The notes: generated by a model from the sequence alone, not told the origin. 64,000 bases of DNA from a virus (IMGVR_UViG_3300042975_000100:80788-144787); one strand, 5' to 3'; shown: positions 10,823 to 21,262, counted from the stretch's first letter. A program made the numbers and translations.

Positions 10823-10874
10823 TTAGATTCCTCCTAAAAAAATCAATCTGCAAGGTTTTTTATTAAAAAAATAC

Positions 10875-10902
10875 AGGAGAGGAAGATTGCTCTTCCTCTC
10901 TT
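10875..10902 (-). terminator. intrinsic terminator
   Basis: GAGAGGAAGA-TTGC-TCTTCCTCTC hairpin flanked by A/T tracts. Confidence 0.75.
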
Positions 10903-10922
10903 ATATTTTTACATAACCTTAC

Positions 10923-11540
10923 TTAAGCTGCTGCTTCAGCTTTCTCATTGACTTTATCATCCTTGACATGCTGCTTCAGAACTTCCATCGGCGTGATCGT
11001 GATATAGACCTTCTCGCCATCATGCTCTGCCGTAGCTTTGAAGAAGTCATCATATACCAATACCGGATCGATATCGACATTGTTGATCATATAAGTCTTG
11101 ATTGCTTCTGCACATGCACACAGGATATCGCAGAGGAAATCCTTGCCATTTACAGTCTCAAGGCAAATGCCATAATTGTTCAGGCCAAAATCAGCCAGCA
11201 TATAATGGAAAACCTGGTCGCTCAAGCCAGCAATGTTTTCCTTCGGAATGTCTTTCATATCTTCTTCGTTGAACGTGAAAGTCAGGGAGAAGCTATCCCC
11301 ATCTTCGCTTTCATTGCTCTCAACGTACGCACCAAAGTAGAATGCGTCATTCTGGAAATCACGGATCTGACAACCCATCGTCTGACCCTTTTTCTTTACA
11401 ACTCCGAGGTATTTCGCAACGCCCTCAAAGAGCATGCGAACGCAACGCCAGGAGAAACGAACGTCCCAGGTGCAGCTCTTTTCCTCGTCCATAATTTTCA
11501 TAATCTGTGCATCAATGTTCGTGTCTTTGTACTGTTTCAT
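10923..11540 (-). CDS. acidic hypothetical early protein
   Basis: Start moved to ATG at 11540 (AAGGAG RBS) downstream of the early promoter at 11610. Confidence 0.7.
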   Translation of the reverse strand: MKQYKDTNIDAQIMKIMDEEKSCTWDVRFSWRCVRMLFEGVAKYLGVVKKKGQTMGCQIRDFQNDAFYFGAYVESNESEDGDSFSLTFTFNEEDMKDIPKENIAGLSDQVFHYMLADFGLNNYGICLETVNGKDFLCDILCACAEAIKTYMINNVDIDPVLVYDDFFKATAEHDGEKVYITITPMEVLKQHVKDDKVNEKAEAAA

Positions 11541-11660
11541 GTCGTAAACACTCCTTAAATGAATTAGAATTTGATTCAAGACATCATAAGATATCTTGCC
11601 TTCACCTATATGATATATAGTTATTCTTAAGTTTACCACCCGTTAATTTTTTACAAGCGG

Positions 11661-13985
11661 TTAGAACCCTGCCGGCCTCGGCATAGATTCCCACAGAACT
11701 TCTGGAGTAACTATTCTACAGGTCTTTGTATTGATCTTGGAAAGCTTGCTGGATTGAAATCCTACGTATGGAACTACAAGGATATCTGTCTTCTTAGTGA
11801 CACCTTTCTCTCCAGATGCATCGAACGTTCCAAGAGCGTTCAATGCCTCGACCAATTTAGAGTCTCTGCAGCCAGTAAATCGTACAATGACTTTGGCTGT
11901 ATAATCTCCATATGATCTTTGAATATTATCCATACATGCGATGGTTTTAAGATCATCCATGAACGCCTTGCGCTCATTTACAACGGTTAATGCTGCTGTT
12001 TCCCCAATACCTTTGATAGTCATCAAGGCGTTGTAAAGTTCATTCTCTTCTGCATCCATGATATACTCTAAGGATACATCCTTAAGAATAAGCTTCCATT
12101 TCTCTGCACTAAGATTAGAGAAACCAAGCGCGCCTATTACCCGATTATCAGGATAAGGCTTTGTTTTCAGCTCTTCTACCCGTGCAAAGAATTTCTTCGT
12201 CATAACCTCACCGATTACCGCACATGCCTTATCATAATCCAGATTGAAAAGATCACTAAACGATCTGAGATTCAATGATACTACATATGCCTCGCCAAAG
12301 TCCTTGAAGTTAAGTTTCTTAAGCATGTTAGTTACACGCTTAACCATACGTCCATCACAATCCATATTAGGACAATATGCTGTATCTCCAGTATCTGATA
12401 CCATTAAGGATGTCCCACATACTGGACATACTTCAGGAAATGGAATCTTAGGTCCTTTTGGTATTGCATTCTCTGCTATATTAGGCTTGGTAAGATACAC
12501 GATTACATCATGCCTATACTCAAGCTCTACAACGTCACCGATATGCAGATCCATCTGGTTAAATTTCTTAAACGAATGAATCGTAGTTTTCGGATGAATA
12601 GTACCAAAGAACTCTACTGGATTGAAATACGCCATTGGTGTGATGCTACCATCCTGTCCTACGGTGAATTCACAACCGGTAATAATGCTTCTCTTCTTCA
12701 TAGCTGAGAACTTGATCGCAATAGCCCATTTGTTTACAGAGTTGATTCGTCCCAATGCCTGCTTAGCAATCGGATTAGTATACTCAATAACTACTCCATC
12801 ATACATAAATGGAATATAGGGCCTCATTGCTTCTGCTTCTTTAGCAAACTTACTTACCATATACAATCTATTCATATAATCCCCATGAATCATTGCATAC
12901 CGCAAGTCTACACCAGAGCTATAATACTTATTCAAGAAATTGATCTCTACCTCTCTATCAATTCCAAGACCTCCAGTACAGATTGGTACAAGCGTCATAT
13001 AGTCTCTGAATCTTCTGGCATCATCTCTACCGGTTAACCCGATAATAGCTGTTCTACCATTTACATAAGTCATACCGGTATCCGCAGCAAGCTTATTGAG
13101 CATAGGGAATGTGATGATGCATTCGAATTTAATACCGAATACCATCTTATCATTTATCTCTGGATAACCACAAGCTCTTTGGAATACATAGCCTCCAAAG
13201 ATATGCGTCAAATCCTGAGCCTCATCATTTCCCGTATCTCCTCTCGACCTTGCAGATACAATCTTGTTACCCTGGATCTGGGCTTCAACAGAAATACCAT
13301 CATACTTCAAAGTCGCACACATATCAGGGAAGTCGAATCCCATCTGACGATGAGCCATCATAAAGTCTCTTTCAAAGATAGCTACTTTTTGTTGACTATC
13401 ATTAGGATCTACTCCATGCATAACTGCATCATTGATAAGGGTAAACTTACATTTGTCAAGCGTACCAACTAACTCTGGATACTCGTGTGCAACCGCTCTG
13501 CCCTTTTTGTTAGGCTTATCATAGTGCTGTACATCTTGTACTTCGAAGTCGCTAGCACGAACGTTAAATGTATTCCCAGTGATATTCTTGAAGAAGAATC
13601 CATCCGTATCAGCTAAATGCATAGCTGTAACCTTTCCAGTTACATGCTGTTCATAGCTGTCAGGACCTGCAGCCTTTCTCTGCGGGAATACTACCGGTGT
13701 TGCTCCTACAGGAGACATACCACCCGTAACTTTGTTATACTTCGTTACGGCTAAATCATACACTCCATCTTCTAATGGAAGCATAGTTCGATCTGTATTA
13801 TTGTACAGGATATTTGAGATAACCAGTACATCATACATATCTTTTGTCATTTGTTCCGTTGGCTCTGAATTTATAAAATTCATAGTCAATTCATTAAGGT
13901 AAGAACTTAGCTGAGGAGTAATCATCCGTAAAGATGCTTTCTCTAAATCAGCTATAACCTCCTTAAGATTTATATTCACTTTCAT
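11661..13985 (-). CDS. ligA: NAD-dependent DNA ligase
   Basis: KYDG adenylation motif, SRGD, DGVVI, WAIAIKF, VGQDGSITP, Zn finger CPVC...CPNMDC, HhH (IKGIGETAA), BRCT-like FTG. Start moved to 13985 (GAGGTG RBS). Confidence 0.95.
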   Translation of the reverse strand: MKVNINLKEVIADLEKASLRMITPQLSSYLNELTMNFINSEPTEQMTKDMYDVLVISNILYNNTDRTMLPLEDGVYDLAVTKYNKVTGGMSPVGATPVVFPQRKAAGPDSYEQHVTGKVTAMHLADTDGFFFKNITGNTFNVRASDFEVQDVQHYDKPNKKGRAVAHEYPELVGTLDKCKFTLINDAVMHGVDPNDSQQKVAIFERDFMMAHRQMGFDFPDMCATLKYDGISVEAQIQGNKIVSARSRGDTGNDEAQDLTHIFGGYVFQRACGYPEINDKMVFGIKFECIITFPMLNKLAADTGMTYVNGRTAIIGLTGRDDARRFRDYMTLVPICTGGLGIDREVEINFLNKYYSSGVDLRYAMIHGDYMNRLYMVSKFAKEAEAMRPYIPFMYDGVVIEYTNPIAKQALGRINSVNKWAIAIKFSAMKKRSIITGCEFTVGQDGSITPMAYFNPVEFFGTIHPKTTIHSFKKFNQMDLHIGDVVELEYRHDVIVYLTKPNIAENAIPKGPKIPFPEVCPVCGTSLMVSDTGDTAYCPNMDCDGRMVKRVTNMLKKLNFKDFGEAYVVSLNLRSFSDLFNLDYDKACAVIGEVMTKKFFARVEELKTKPYPDNRVIGALGFSNLSAEKWKLILKDVSLEYIMDAEENELYNALMTIKGIGETAALTVVNERKAFMDDLKTIACMDNIQRSYGDYTAKVIVRFTGCRDSKLVEALNALGTFDASGEKGVTKKTDILVVPYVGFQSSKLSKINTKTCRIVTPEVLWESMPRPAGF

Positions 13986-14052
13986 CACCTCATGAATATA
14001 ATATATACTTGCAAAAAATAATAGAGGGCTGATTATACAGCCCTCCATATTT

Positions 14053-16587
14053 TTATTCCTTATCCAGGTTCCCCTTCAATGGGAGATTAGGATTAACGAG
14101 CCTCATTACACGTTCTTTGATTACTCTCTGCTTACGAACTGGCACCTCGGAGTTGATAAGCTTAGTTACATCCTTAGTTGTAAGCTCTCCAATCATCTCC
14201 TTGATAGCTTCCTTCTCACGAAGGTCATCCATGATATGAGTAATTTCAGAAGCATTCTTCATAATCTCTTCGGAATGAAGAACCTCATGCCGAATATCTT
14301 CTGGGAATGAATTGATTACCATTGCAGTGCGTGGATCTACAAGAGTCATAGCTCTCATCTTATTACGAGAACCAGATTTCTTATGATCAATCCTCTTCTT
14401 TGCAAGCTCTTTGATCTTATCTTTCAGTCGTGGATCTACAAGAGTCATTGCTACACACTTTCTCCGATTATCAATCAGAGTCATTACAACCTGCTTGACC
14501 TTGTTACGCACTTTAAGCTTTTTGATAAAGTCAAATCGTAATCCGATTTCCTTAAGATAAACATCAACCTTCTCTACTTGTCGAGAAGTAGCATCATGAG
14601 GAATACGTACATTGCGCTGGAATGGATCACCAACCAAAAGTGTTTCGAACATACGTCTACCCTGTGGAGATGCAGACAGAAGCATCAATGTTTCAATCAA
14701 CGTTTCTGCGTTAGAATGCATCATATCAAGAAACTCCATTTCACCAAAGCGTACTGGAGTGGTCGCATGCGCTGCTTTATGAAACTTATTTGCTTTGCTC
14801 TTTGTATTCTCGCTTCTGATATTCGTAGATGCCAGAGATACAGAAGAGAACTTCTCTTCAGCAAACTGCTTCAAACGCTGCGTATATTTCTTACCTACGA
14901 TGATTTTGCGTCTAGCTTTAATCTGCCGCAATCCTCCACGGGAATTCTGTACAGTAACATAGAGATCTGACTGCTCAATCCATGGGAATGCTTCATACAT
15001 CTCTCTGATCATATCGATAGACATGCCAGAAGACATCGGAGGCATACACATATAGATTGCTCCATCATTGACGATAGAATCAAGATACTGTGTTCTTACA
15101 TCAATTCCATTGTAATTACAGAAATCTTGATACTCTCTTGCCTGTTCCTTATTGAAGATATTCATATAAGTGAACAGCATGTTCTCGCACTGTCCGATTA
15201 TACCCTGATCATCATAAGATCCATGAGAATAAGCTTCAGTAAGAATATTACCGATGCGTTCAATGATCTTAGAGCCACCATAGGTCATCTCTGTTTCCAT
15301 AGACTGACCCGGATTTTCTCGGTTTACGATAGTGCTACTATTATAGATAGCATCTACTGGCTCAAGAATGATCTCACCACCACGATTGACCGGATACTGC
15401 GGCATTCTATCATCTGGATAGATAGCTGATACAACGCCTTTACCGCCGTATCTATCAGTAATCTTATCTCCTACATGAATAGGGATGGTGATCATCGTAG
15501 TGATATTCAGATAGATATTGCTAAATACCTTATCGGAGATTGTCTGCTTGCCCTGAATAGTCCAGAGACACTGATAATACAGCTTCTCAGCTTCATAAGT
15601 CATCGGAACTTTCTTATCAACAAACGGCTGCATAGATTTTACGATATTAGCACAATACTCGAGCTTCATATCATAATAGTGGCTGATCTGCTGATTGTAG
15701 AGACTCGACTTGAGCTTTTCAGGATTGTTGCAAAACACATCGATATCGATAACTTTTCCTTTGAGCATGTATTTGTCATCGGAAATCATCATCTCTTTCA
15801 AATGATCACAGCTCTGCGAATACAGTGCTTCATCTTCTTTTCTTTCTCTACGTACTGCACAAAGAAATCCATTCTGAATCTCTTCACCAATATCAGGGAA
15901 TGTTTTATAATGCTCATTATCTCCATACAGATTCAATAGGATATCATTATCATTGATCTGGAAAGATGTCGAATCGAACAATGGAGCATTGAATCGTTTT
16001 GCTGCTGACTCAGATAATACGATCGGATCTTCTGTTGTGATAGCAAGAGCCATATAGATCGTAGTCAAGTTTACGCCACAGCATTTGTTATTGGCTTCAT
16101 CAAATGAATTAGCCTTAACAATAGGAGTGTCTTTTGGAATTACATCTCCTACATTCACTACGTCGAGTGTATCCGTATTCATGCTGTATCCATAACTCTC
16201 TGAGATATGACGATAATCTACCCGATTAATGATATCAAGTTTGTTATTCTTTGAATCCAGGCAGATGAGTGTGAAGTTCGCCGACTTCACGTTATAGTTC
16301 GTATTGTACTTAGGAATCTTATCGATGACGATCAGGTCCGCCTCGGCTTGCGCGAACGTAGAACTCATTGTACCAAATTGTGTTTCATACCCAGTCATAA
16401 TGATTGGGGTTTCTGCACTTTGCAACTGCATGGTCTGATCAGTCTGAATACCTTGCATAATCTTTCTTGAACCAGAGTTACAGTTGTTGAACGGCTGCAG
16501 TAAACCTTTGCCTAATGCATACTCTTGTGCCGGGAGTTCATTTTCAATCTCCTGACATGTGCTCATGATATTAAGTTTTCCTGCCAT
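14053..16587 (-). CDS. non-virion RNA polymerase beta subunit, C-terminal half (phiKZ gp71-73 / AR9-like), with a ~150-aa C-terminal extension
   Basis: QPFNNCNSGSRKIM...Q, GVNL...TEDPIVLSESAA, VGDKITDRYGGKGVVS.I.PDDRMP, NRENPGQ..E, VRFGEME. Start moved to 16587 (AGGAGG RBS). Confidence 0.93.
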   Translation of the reverse strand: MAGKLNIMSTCQEIENELPAQEYALGKGLLQPFNNCNSGSRKIMQGIQTDQTMQLQSAETPIIMTGYETQFGTMSSTFAQAEADLIVIDKIPKYNTNYNVKSANFTLICLDSKNNKLDIINRVDYRHISESYGYSMNTDTLDVVNVGDVIPKDTPIVKANSFDEANNKCCGVNLTTIYMALAITTEDPIVLSESAAKRFNAPLFDSTSFQINDNDILLNLYGDNEHYKTFPDIGEEIQNGFLCAVRRERKEDEALYSQSCDHLKEMMISDDKYMLKGKVIDIDVFCNNPEKLKSSLYNQQISHYYDMKLEYCANIVKSMQPFVDKKVPMTYEAEKLYYQCLWTIQGKQTISDKVFSNIYLNITTMITIPIHVGDKITDRYGGKGVVSAIYPDDRMPQYPVNRGGEIILEPVDAIYNSSTIVNRENPGQSMETEMTYGGSKIIERIGNILTEAYSHGSYDDQGIIGQCENMLFTYMNIFNKEQAREYQDFCNYNGIDVRTQYLDSIVNDGAIYMCMPPMSSGMSIDMIREMYEAFPWIEQSDLYVTVQNSRGGLRQIKARRKIIVGKKYTQRLKQFAEEKFSSVSLASTNIRSENTKSKANKFHKAAHATTPVRFGEMEFLDMMHSNAETLIETLMLLSASPQGRRMFETLLVGDPFQRNVRIPHDATSRQVEKVDVYLKEIGLRFDFIKKLKVRNKVKQVVMTLIDNRRKCVAMTLVDPRLKDKIKELAKKRIDHKKSGSRNKMRAMTLVDPRTAMVINSFPEDIRHEVLHSEEIMKNASEITHIMDDLREKEAIKEMIGELTTKDVTKLINSEVPVRKQRVIKERVMRLVNPNLPLKGNLDKE

Positions 16588-16660
16588 TAAAGAAATCCTC
16601 CTTAAACTGTTTCGACTTTCATATTTATAATATATGATCAAATAGCCATTTAGAGAAAAT

Positions 16661-16689
16661 ATGCCAGATAGAACTAAGTCTATCTGGCA
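16661..16689 (-). terminator. intrinsic terminator
   Basis: TGCCAGATAGA-ACTAAG-TCTATCTGGCA hairpin. Confidence 0.75.
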
Positions 16690-16694
16690 ATTGA

Positions 16695-17963
16695 TTAAAT
16701 CTCTTCTGCGTTATTCTCTACAGATGGTACCTGATTCATGCAGAGGTCGTACAGATTACTCATAATCTTTTTCTCCTTGGCAAAGTCTGCATTAGAAGCC
16801 TTAGGAATCTTGACGAGTTCTTCACTAACTGCTTTATCAAACCGCATTCTGAACTCCTCATTGCTAAGATACTTGTCTTTGAAATTACCCATGGAGAACT
16901 TCACATCAGTAAAGTCGTCCACATACATTCCGACACCGCTACCCTTGATACGGTTAGTCTTCTCCTTCATGAATACAAAGGTAGAGAGTAACGGATCAAA
17001 TCCAGTCACATAGTCAAAGACCATAGTAACTGCCTGATGCGGTCTAGAACTACGAGTTTTCTCAAAGTATACATCTACCATAGCACCAGCGATCTTATAC
17101 TTTTCATCCTCTTTGAGCTTCTTGTTATCAACAAAACGCATGATGGTATTGGATAACAAAACGAGCGTATCTCCACGAGGAAGTCTCTCATCTGGAGACA
17201 AGAACGGAAGCTGACTACGCTTATGCATCATCGGATTAGCATTGATCTGCTGCATGATATGGTTTACAGCAAATACAATGATATTAGCAGATTTGATCAT
17301 TGGAATGATCGTACGAAGAATCTGCGTAACAACCTTTGCAGCAGCCGTCGTACTCATCTGCCCAGACAACTCTTCTTCCGATGCATACTTCTCAGGCATC
17401 AGCATAGCAATAGAGTCGATGATATAGATGGTAGGTTCAAACTCGATAATTGGATTTCCGAAGTTATCAAGCTTACCAGTATCATACTGATACTTTTCAG
17501 GATTCTCGAGCTTCATATCATGAATCTCTTTAATACGGCGATAGAAATTCTCTGCCGTAATACCACGATCTCGTGAGATTATACGTTCTTTAAGCGTCTC
17601 CTCTGGCACTCCTACTACATTCGAGATACGAGGCCAATCGATTCCTGCCTCTGTATTATCTGCGAAGATAGAAGCATTCTCGAATGGTGCGATCATATTC
17701 CATGCGAACTGCCACATACCGGTGGTTTTACCGCTCTGAGATCTACCAATAACGGAGTTGAAACTTCCGTTGGTGATACCTACAGAGAAGTAGTTGAAAT
17801 CCATTCCTTTTTCTGTATTCTTTACATGAACGATCTGTCCATTAGTAAAGTCAAGAACCGGAAAACCGGTTGGATATCCGACATACGTCTGCGCTTCACG
17901 TTGCATATCGATATCTTTATCTTTGAGCATCTTTTCTCTAAACTGTGTTGCAAGTAATGACAT
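16695..17963 (-). CDS. uvsX: RecA/UvsX-like recombinase (jumbo-phage type)
   Basis: PTGFPVLD, Walker A GRSQSGKTT, DNTE catalytic Glu, Walker B YIIDSIA, FAVNH, EKTR. Confidence 0.85.
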   Translation of the reverse strand: MSLLATQFREKMLKDKDIDMQREAQTYVGYPTGFPVLDFTNGQIVHVKNTEKGMDFNYFSVGITNGSFNSVIGRSQSGKTTGMWQFAWNMIAPFENASIFADNTEAGIDWPRISNVVGVPEETLKERIISRDRGITAENFYRRIKEIHDMKLENPEKYQYDTGKLDNFGNPIIEFEPTIYIIDSIAMLMPEKYASEEELSGQMSTTAAAKVVTQILRTIIPMIKSANIIVFAVNHIMQQINANPMMHKRSQLPFLSPDERLPRGDTLVLLSNTIMRFVDNKKLKEDEKYKIAGAMVDVYFEKTRSSRPHQAVTMVFDYVTGFDPLLSTFVFMKEKTNRIKGSGVGMYVDDFTDVKFSMGNFKDKYLSNEEFRMRFDKAVSEELVKIPKASNADFAKEKKIMSNLYDLCMNQVPSVENNAEEI

Positions 17964-18050
17964 ATTCTTATCCCTCCATACTGTGGTTAATTAGAAGTTA
18001 AAGGTCGAGTAAAAAAAAAATAAAGAGGAGGGAAATTCCCTCCTCGATAT

Positions 18051-18947
18051 TTATGGTAACACTACAGGTTCATCAAAGCCCTCAAGCTGCTCAACCAATA
18101 CCGGAATCTTACGAAACAGATTGATCGGTAAGTTATGGAAACTGAACTTTGTATATCTACTGTCGAATCCGAATTCCATTCCAAATTGTTCCGAAATAGA
18201 CATCAGATACTGAGTGATATTCTGAGCAGGGATGGATTCCAAGATGAACAATACAGCCCATCCAATATTCTCATCCACCTCAATCATATCCTTAGTTACC
18301 CAATACTCATCAGCATCGATCGCTTTCTTTATTTCAGTATCGAAAACTGTTGCCGATAAGAGATTAGATAAGACGTTATGATACAAAGCTCCATAGATAT
18401 CCACGAATTTCTGTACAGTATAGAACTTAGGGGATGGAGCACTGAATGTAGTCAATGCGAAGTTCACTCTCCTAATGTTCAATGTCATATCCTGGCTAGA
18501 CGTATTGCATAAGCCGGCATAAATAGCCGTACTAGGTTCTACACCTTTGCCAAGAAGCTGATTAACCGTATACCGATTCAACGTTTCTGCCAAGATATAC
18601 ATTAACTTTTTCTTATAATCTGTCAATGTAGCCGTACTCAGCATTTCGTACAGAATAGAATTGCATGTGATAAGCTCACTACAATCAAGCTGGACTTCAT
18701 GACAGACCTGCTGCAATGCTGTCAGAAACTTAACGTGCTGGAATGCGAATTTGTATTCCTTAGTTTCAAACAGGTTGTGGACATTCTTCTCCACAAATTC
18801 ATAAGCAGCTTTATCCTCCATGGATTCGATATTGCGAAGACCACGCATGATATCGTTTTTCATCTCGTATTCATTCGGAAACTTCGGAAGGATTTCTTCT
18901 TTCTTAGCTTCTTCTGGCCTTACGATTTGATCAAGCTTATCCAACAT
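18051..18947 (-). CDS. hypothetical protein co-transcribed with tubulin
   Basis: 298 aa directly downstream of the tubulin gene; GGAGG RBS; followed by a terminator at 18025-18045. Confidence 0.75.
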   Translation of the reverse strand: MLDKLDQIVRPEEAKKEEILPKFPNEYEMKNDIMRGLRNIESMEDKAAYEFVEKNVHNLFETKEYKFAFQHVKFLTALQQVCHEVQLDCSELITCNSILYEMLSTATLTDYKKKLMYILAETLNRYTVNQLLGKGVEPSTAIYAGLCNTSSQDMTLNIRRVNFALTTFSAPSPKFYTVQKFVDIYGALYHNVLSNLLSATVFDTEIKKAIDADEYWVTKDMIEVDENIGWAVLFILESIPAQNITQYLMSISEQFGMEFGFDSRYTKFSFHNLPINLFRKIPVLVEQLEGFDEPVVLP

Positions 18948-18959
18948 ACAAATTCCTCC

Positions 18960-20147
18960 TTAGTAATTATCCTTTGCGGAAGGAGTCCTTACTGTAATAT
19001 TCTGGGCCGTACCAGAAGCCGTCTTTACCGGCTCTACCTTCTGCACTTTCGCAAAGAACATGTTACGCTTCTTCGCAATGTCTTCCGGAGAGCTCTGCGG
19101 ACGCTTCATATCGAAACTGCCAACATTCGTATCGAAGCTTTTACGGAAGAAGTCATCATTACCCTTATTGACTTTCTCAATACGAGCCATGAATTCATTG
19201 TAAACTTCTTCGATCTCCTCTACTGGCATATCAAGTCCGGATACAACGACAAACAGCTCTTCGTCATCGAATACATCCTCTACATGCGTAAAGAATTCGA
19301 TCGTCTCGCCAAAGCGCTGCTTCAGCACATCAAAGCTCCAATCGATTGCATCTTTGGTCTTATTCTTGATATTGAGAATAACACCAATACGCTGGCAGGA
19401 TGCCGTAACATCCAGAGACTTAGAGTTATCAAGTCCCTCAGAGAGAACCTTATTGAAATCCTTCGGATTCTTGATCTTTCCGAGTTTGATATTCTCAATC
19501 GTCATGAAGCCGGCAGTAGTCGTCAGCTTCAGAAGATCTGTATCATCGATGTTCTGCTCTACAGACTCAACGATGTTCTTACCGATCAACGTACGAACTC
19601 TCATGGAGAACTCGTCATTTGCCATTTCCTGAGCTTTGAGTTTATTTCCAAAGCTATCATCCAGGAACTTCTTATTGGAGATTGCCTCTACCATGAACTC
19701 CGGAGAGAGTTCCTTGAACCAATCTACCGTGTTTTTCAATCCACGGGCATCATCTTCGAAGCCAGTGAATCCAAAGAGATGTACGTCAACTCCAAGAATC
19801 TCTTTGAAGTATTTTGCCATCACTACGGACATTCCAGAACCAGTACCGCCTTCAGTGCTTGTAGCAATGATGACGAACTTATCCTGCTCAGTCATGATCG
19901 TATCCAGTGAGATTGCATTGTTGCGAAGGGAATCCATGATCATCTCATTTGCGATTCCACGCTCTTTACCACAACCCTGGAACTTACCCTGCACCTGGAT
20001 TGCAATGTCCTTATATTCCGTCGGCACATCTTTCAATGTGCTATTGAGGAGAATGATATCATCACGCGATACCACCTGATCCTCTACCAGTTTAATAGCA
20101 GCCTTATTACCTGCTGCTCCAACACCAATAACCTTTACACTTAACAT
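18960..20147 (-). CDS. phuZ: phage tubulin (PhuZ/TubZ/FtsZ-like GTPase)
   Basis: VIGVGAAGNKA, LNST, GCGKER, signature variant TEGGTGSG, T7 loop NIDDTDL, disordered C-terminal tail. Confidence 0.88.
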   Translation of the reverse strand: MLSVKVIGVGAAGNKAAIKLVEDQVVSRDDIILLNSTLKDVPTEYKDIAIQVQGKFQGCGKERGIANEMIMDSLRNNAISLDTIMTEQDKFVIIATSTEGGTGSGMSVVMAKYFKEILGVDVHLFGFTGFEDDARGLKNTVDWFKELSPEFMVEAISNKKFLDDSFGNKLKAQEMANDEFSMRVRTLIGKNIVESVEQNIDDTDLLKLTTTAGFMTIENIKLGKIKNPKDFNKVLSEGLDNSKSLDVTASCQRIGVILNIKNKTKDAIDWSFDVLKQRFGETIEFFTHVEDVFDDEELFVVVSGLDMPVEEIEEVYNEFMARIEKVNKGNDDFFRKSFDTNVGSFDMKRPQSSPEDIAKKRNMFFAKVQKVEPVKTASGTAQNITVRTPSAKDNY

Positions 20148-20271
20148 TGTTTGTTTCCTCCTTCATATTCATAAACCTACTAGTTTGGATATGATTACTA
20201 ATAGGTTGTAGACTAAGTACAAAATTAGTGGAGAAGGGAATTAACCCTTCTCCGCTATTTTAACTACAGCC

Positions 20272-21006
20272 TTACAGCATCTGGGTAGATGCACAAGCAA
20301 TCTTTTCGATGTTTCCCTCCCAACTCGGGTCCGTGGCATAATTAGCAGCTTGCATCTGCTCTAGCGTTCTATAACCATGGTCATAGAAATTACGCTTAAT
20401 CCAATGAGCACCTGCAATTATACCTTCATCTACTGAATCTCCCATTGAATATGCCCGGTTCGGGTTATTATCAACGGCATTGATCCCGTAGTAGTTATGA
20501 CGATCTTGCGCCATTTCTGAATTTCCCCATGAGCTTTCCAAGGCGGCATGAGCCATCAGATAAATAGGGTTAAGCCCTGTCTCCTTAGCAGCCTCGACGA
20601 ACGTGGCACCTTTACCCTTAAAACGAGTCCCGTTTTTCATATGGGTAGACCACTTGTCGATGATATCGTCCATATCTTTTGCGCTAAGTTCAATATTCGC
20701 CCCCAGATCAGTCTGGCGGTCGAATCCCTTTTGCACCAAATTGTTCACCGCAACCTGATGTCTTTTTTCTTTCTCGAGTCTCTGTTGCTCGAGTTTTTGC
20801 AGTTCTTCCTGCTGGGATTTGATTTCCTCAAGGTTATTGAGGATCTGTTTTTCCGCTTTGTCCCGTTCTTCCAGTTGCTGTTCGATGTTGTACATTCTAT
20901 CATTGGTCTGCTGAATTTTAACAGACGTAAAGAAGGATGCTACTACCACCAGAACCAGCATCACTGCGATAATTCCCCACTCTTTCTTGTTGAAAACTTT
21001 ACTCAT
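20272..21006 (-). CDS. membrane-anchored GH73 N-acetylglucosaminidase
   Basis: N-terminal TM, coiled-coil stalk, AHAALESSWG, NYYGINAVD, YATDPSW. Confidence 0.88.
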   Translation of the reverse strand: MSKVFNKKEWGIIAVMLVLVVVASFFTSVKIQQTNDRMYNIEQQLEERDKAEKQILNNLEEIKSQQEELQKLEQQRLEKEKRHQVAVNNLVQKGFDRQTDLGANIELSAKDMDDIIDKWSTHMKNGTRFKGKGATFVEAAKETGLNPIYLMAHAALESSWGNSEMAQDRHNYYGINAVDNNPNRAYSMGDSVDEGIIAGAHWIKRNFYDHGYRTLEQMQAANYATDPSWEGNIEKIACASTQML

Positions 21007-21115
21007 TGACTTTTCCTCCTCAATTTTGCAACGATGAATTTAGGAGGGATAACCAATACTTCTCAGAGGTCATCCCTCTTAGTTCATTTCGCTACTTTTG
21101 ATTCGAGATAACGGC

Positions 21116-21262
21116 TTACTTTTTCTGGCCGTTTTCTTCTTTCTTGCGGCGCTCTTCGTCGCTTTTCAAAGTAGCCTGATCCTGCTTTCCAAGTACGTCA
21201 AATCCAAGGCCGAGATCACCGGTCTCATGGATAACTCCATACTGTCCATTCTGCTCAGGCAT
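21116..21262 (-). CDS. small early protein (48 aa)
   Basis: AAAGGAGG RBS before ATG at 21262; early promoter at 21342. Confidence 0.55.
   Translation of the reverse strand: MPEQNGQYGVIHETGDLGLGFDVLGKQDQATLKSDEERRKKEENGQKK

Noticed and set aside
18051-18947. Chimallin (nuclear shell protein) next to tubulin
   Set aside because: At 298 aa it is about half the size of ChmA and I recognise no similarity. This cannot be supported without a structure search.
18699-19910. 403-aa + strand ORF (and similar antisense ORFs at 31175-32080, 33170-33898, 58256-59005, 10968-11558)
   Set aside because: These are shadow frames opposite well-supported genes (tubulin, gyrA, dut, porin). They have no RBS or promoter motif and unnatural composition.
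18960-20147. Bacterial ftsZ or host chromosome origin of the window
   Set aside because: No dcw cluster, a divergent signature motif, and flanking split phage RNAP and virion genes all indicate a phage tubulin.
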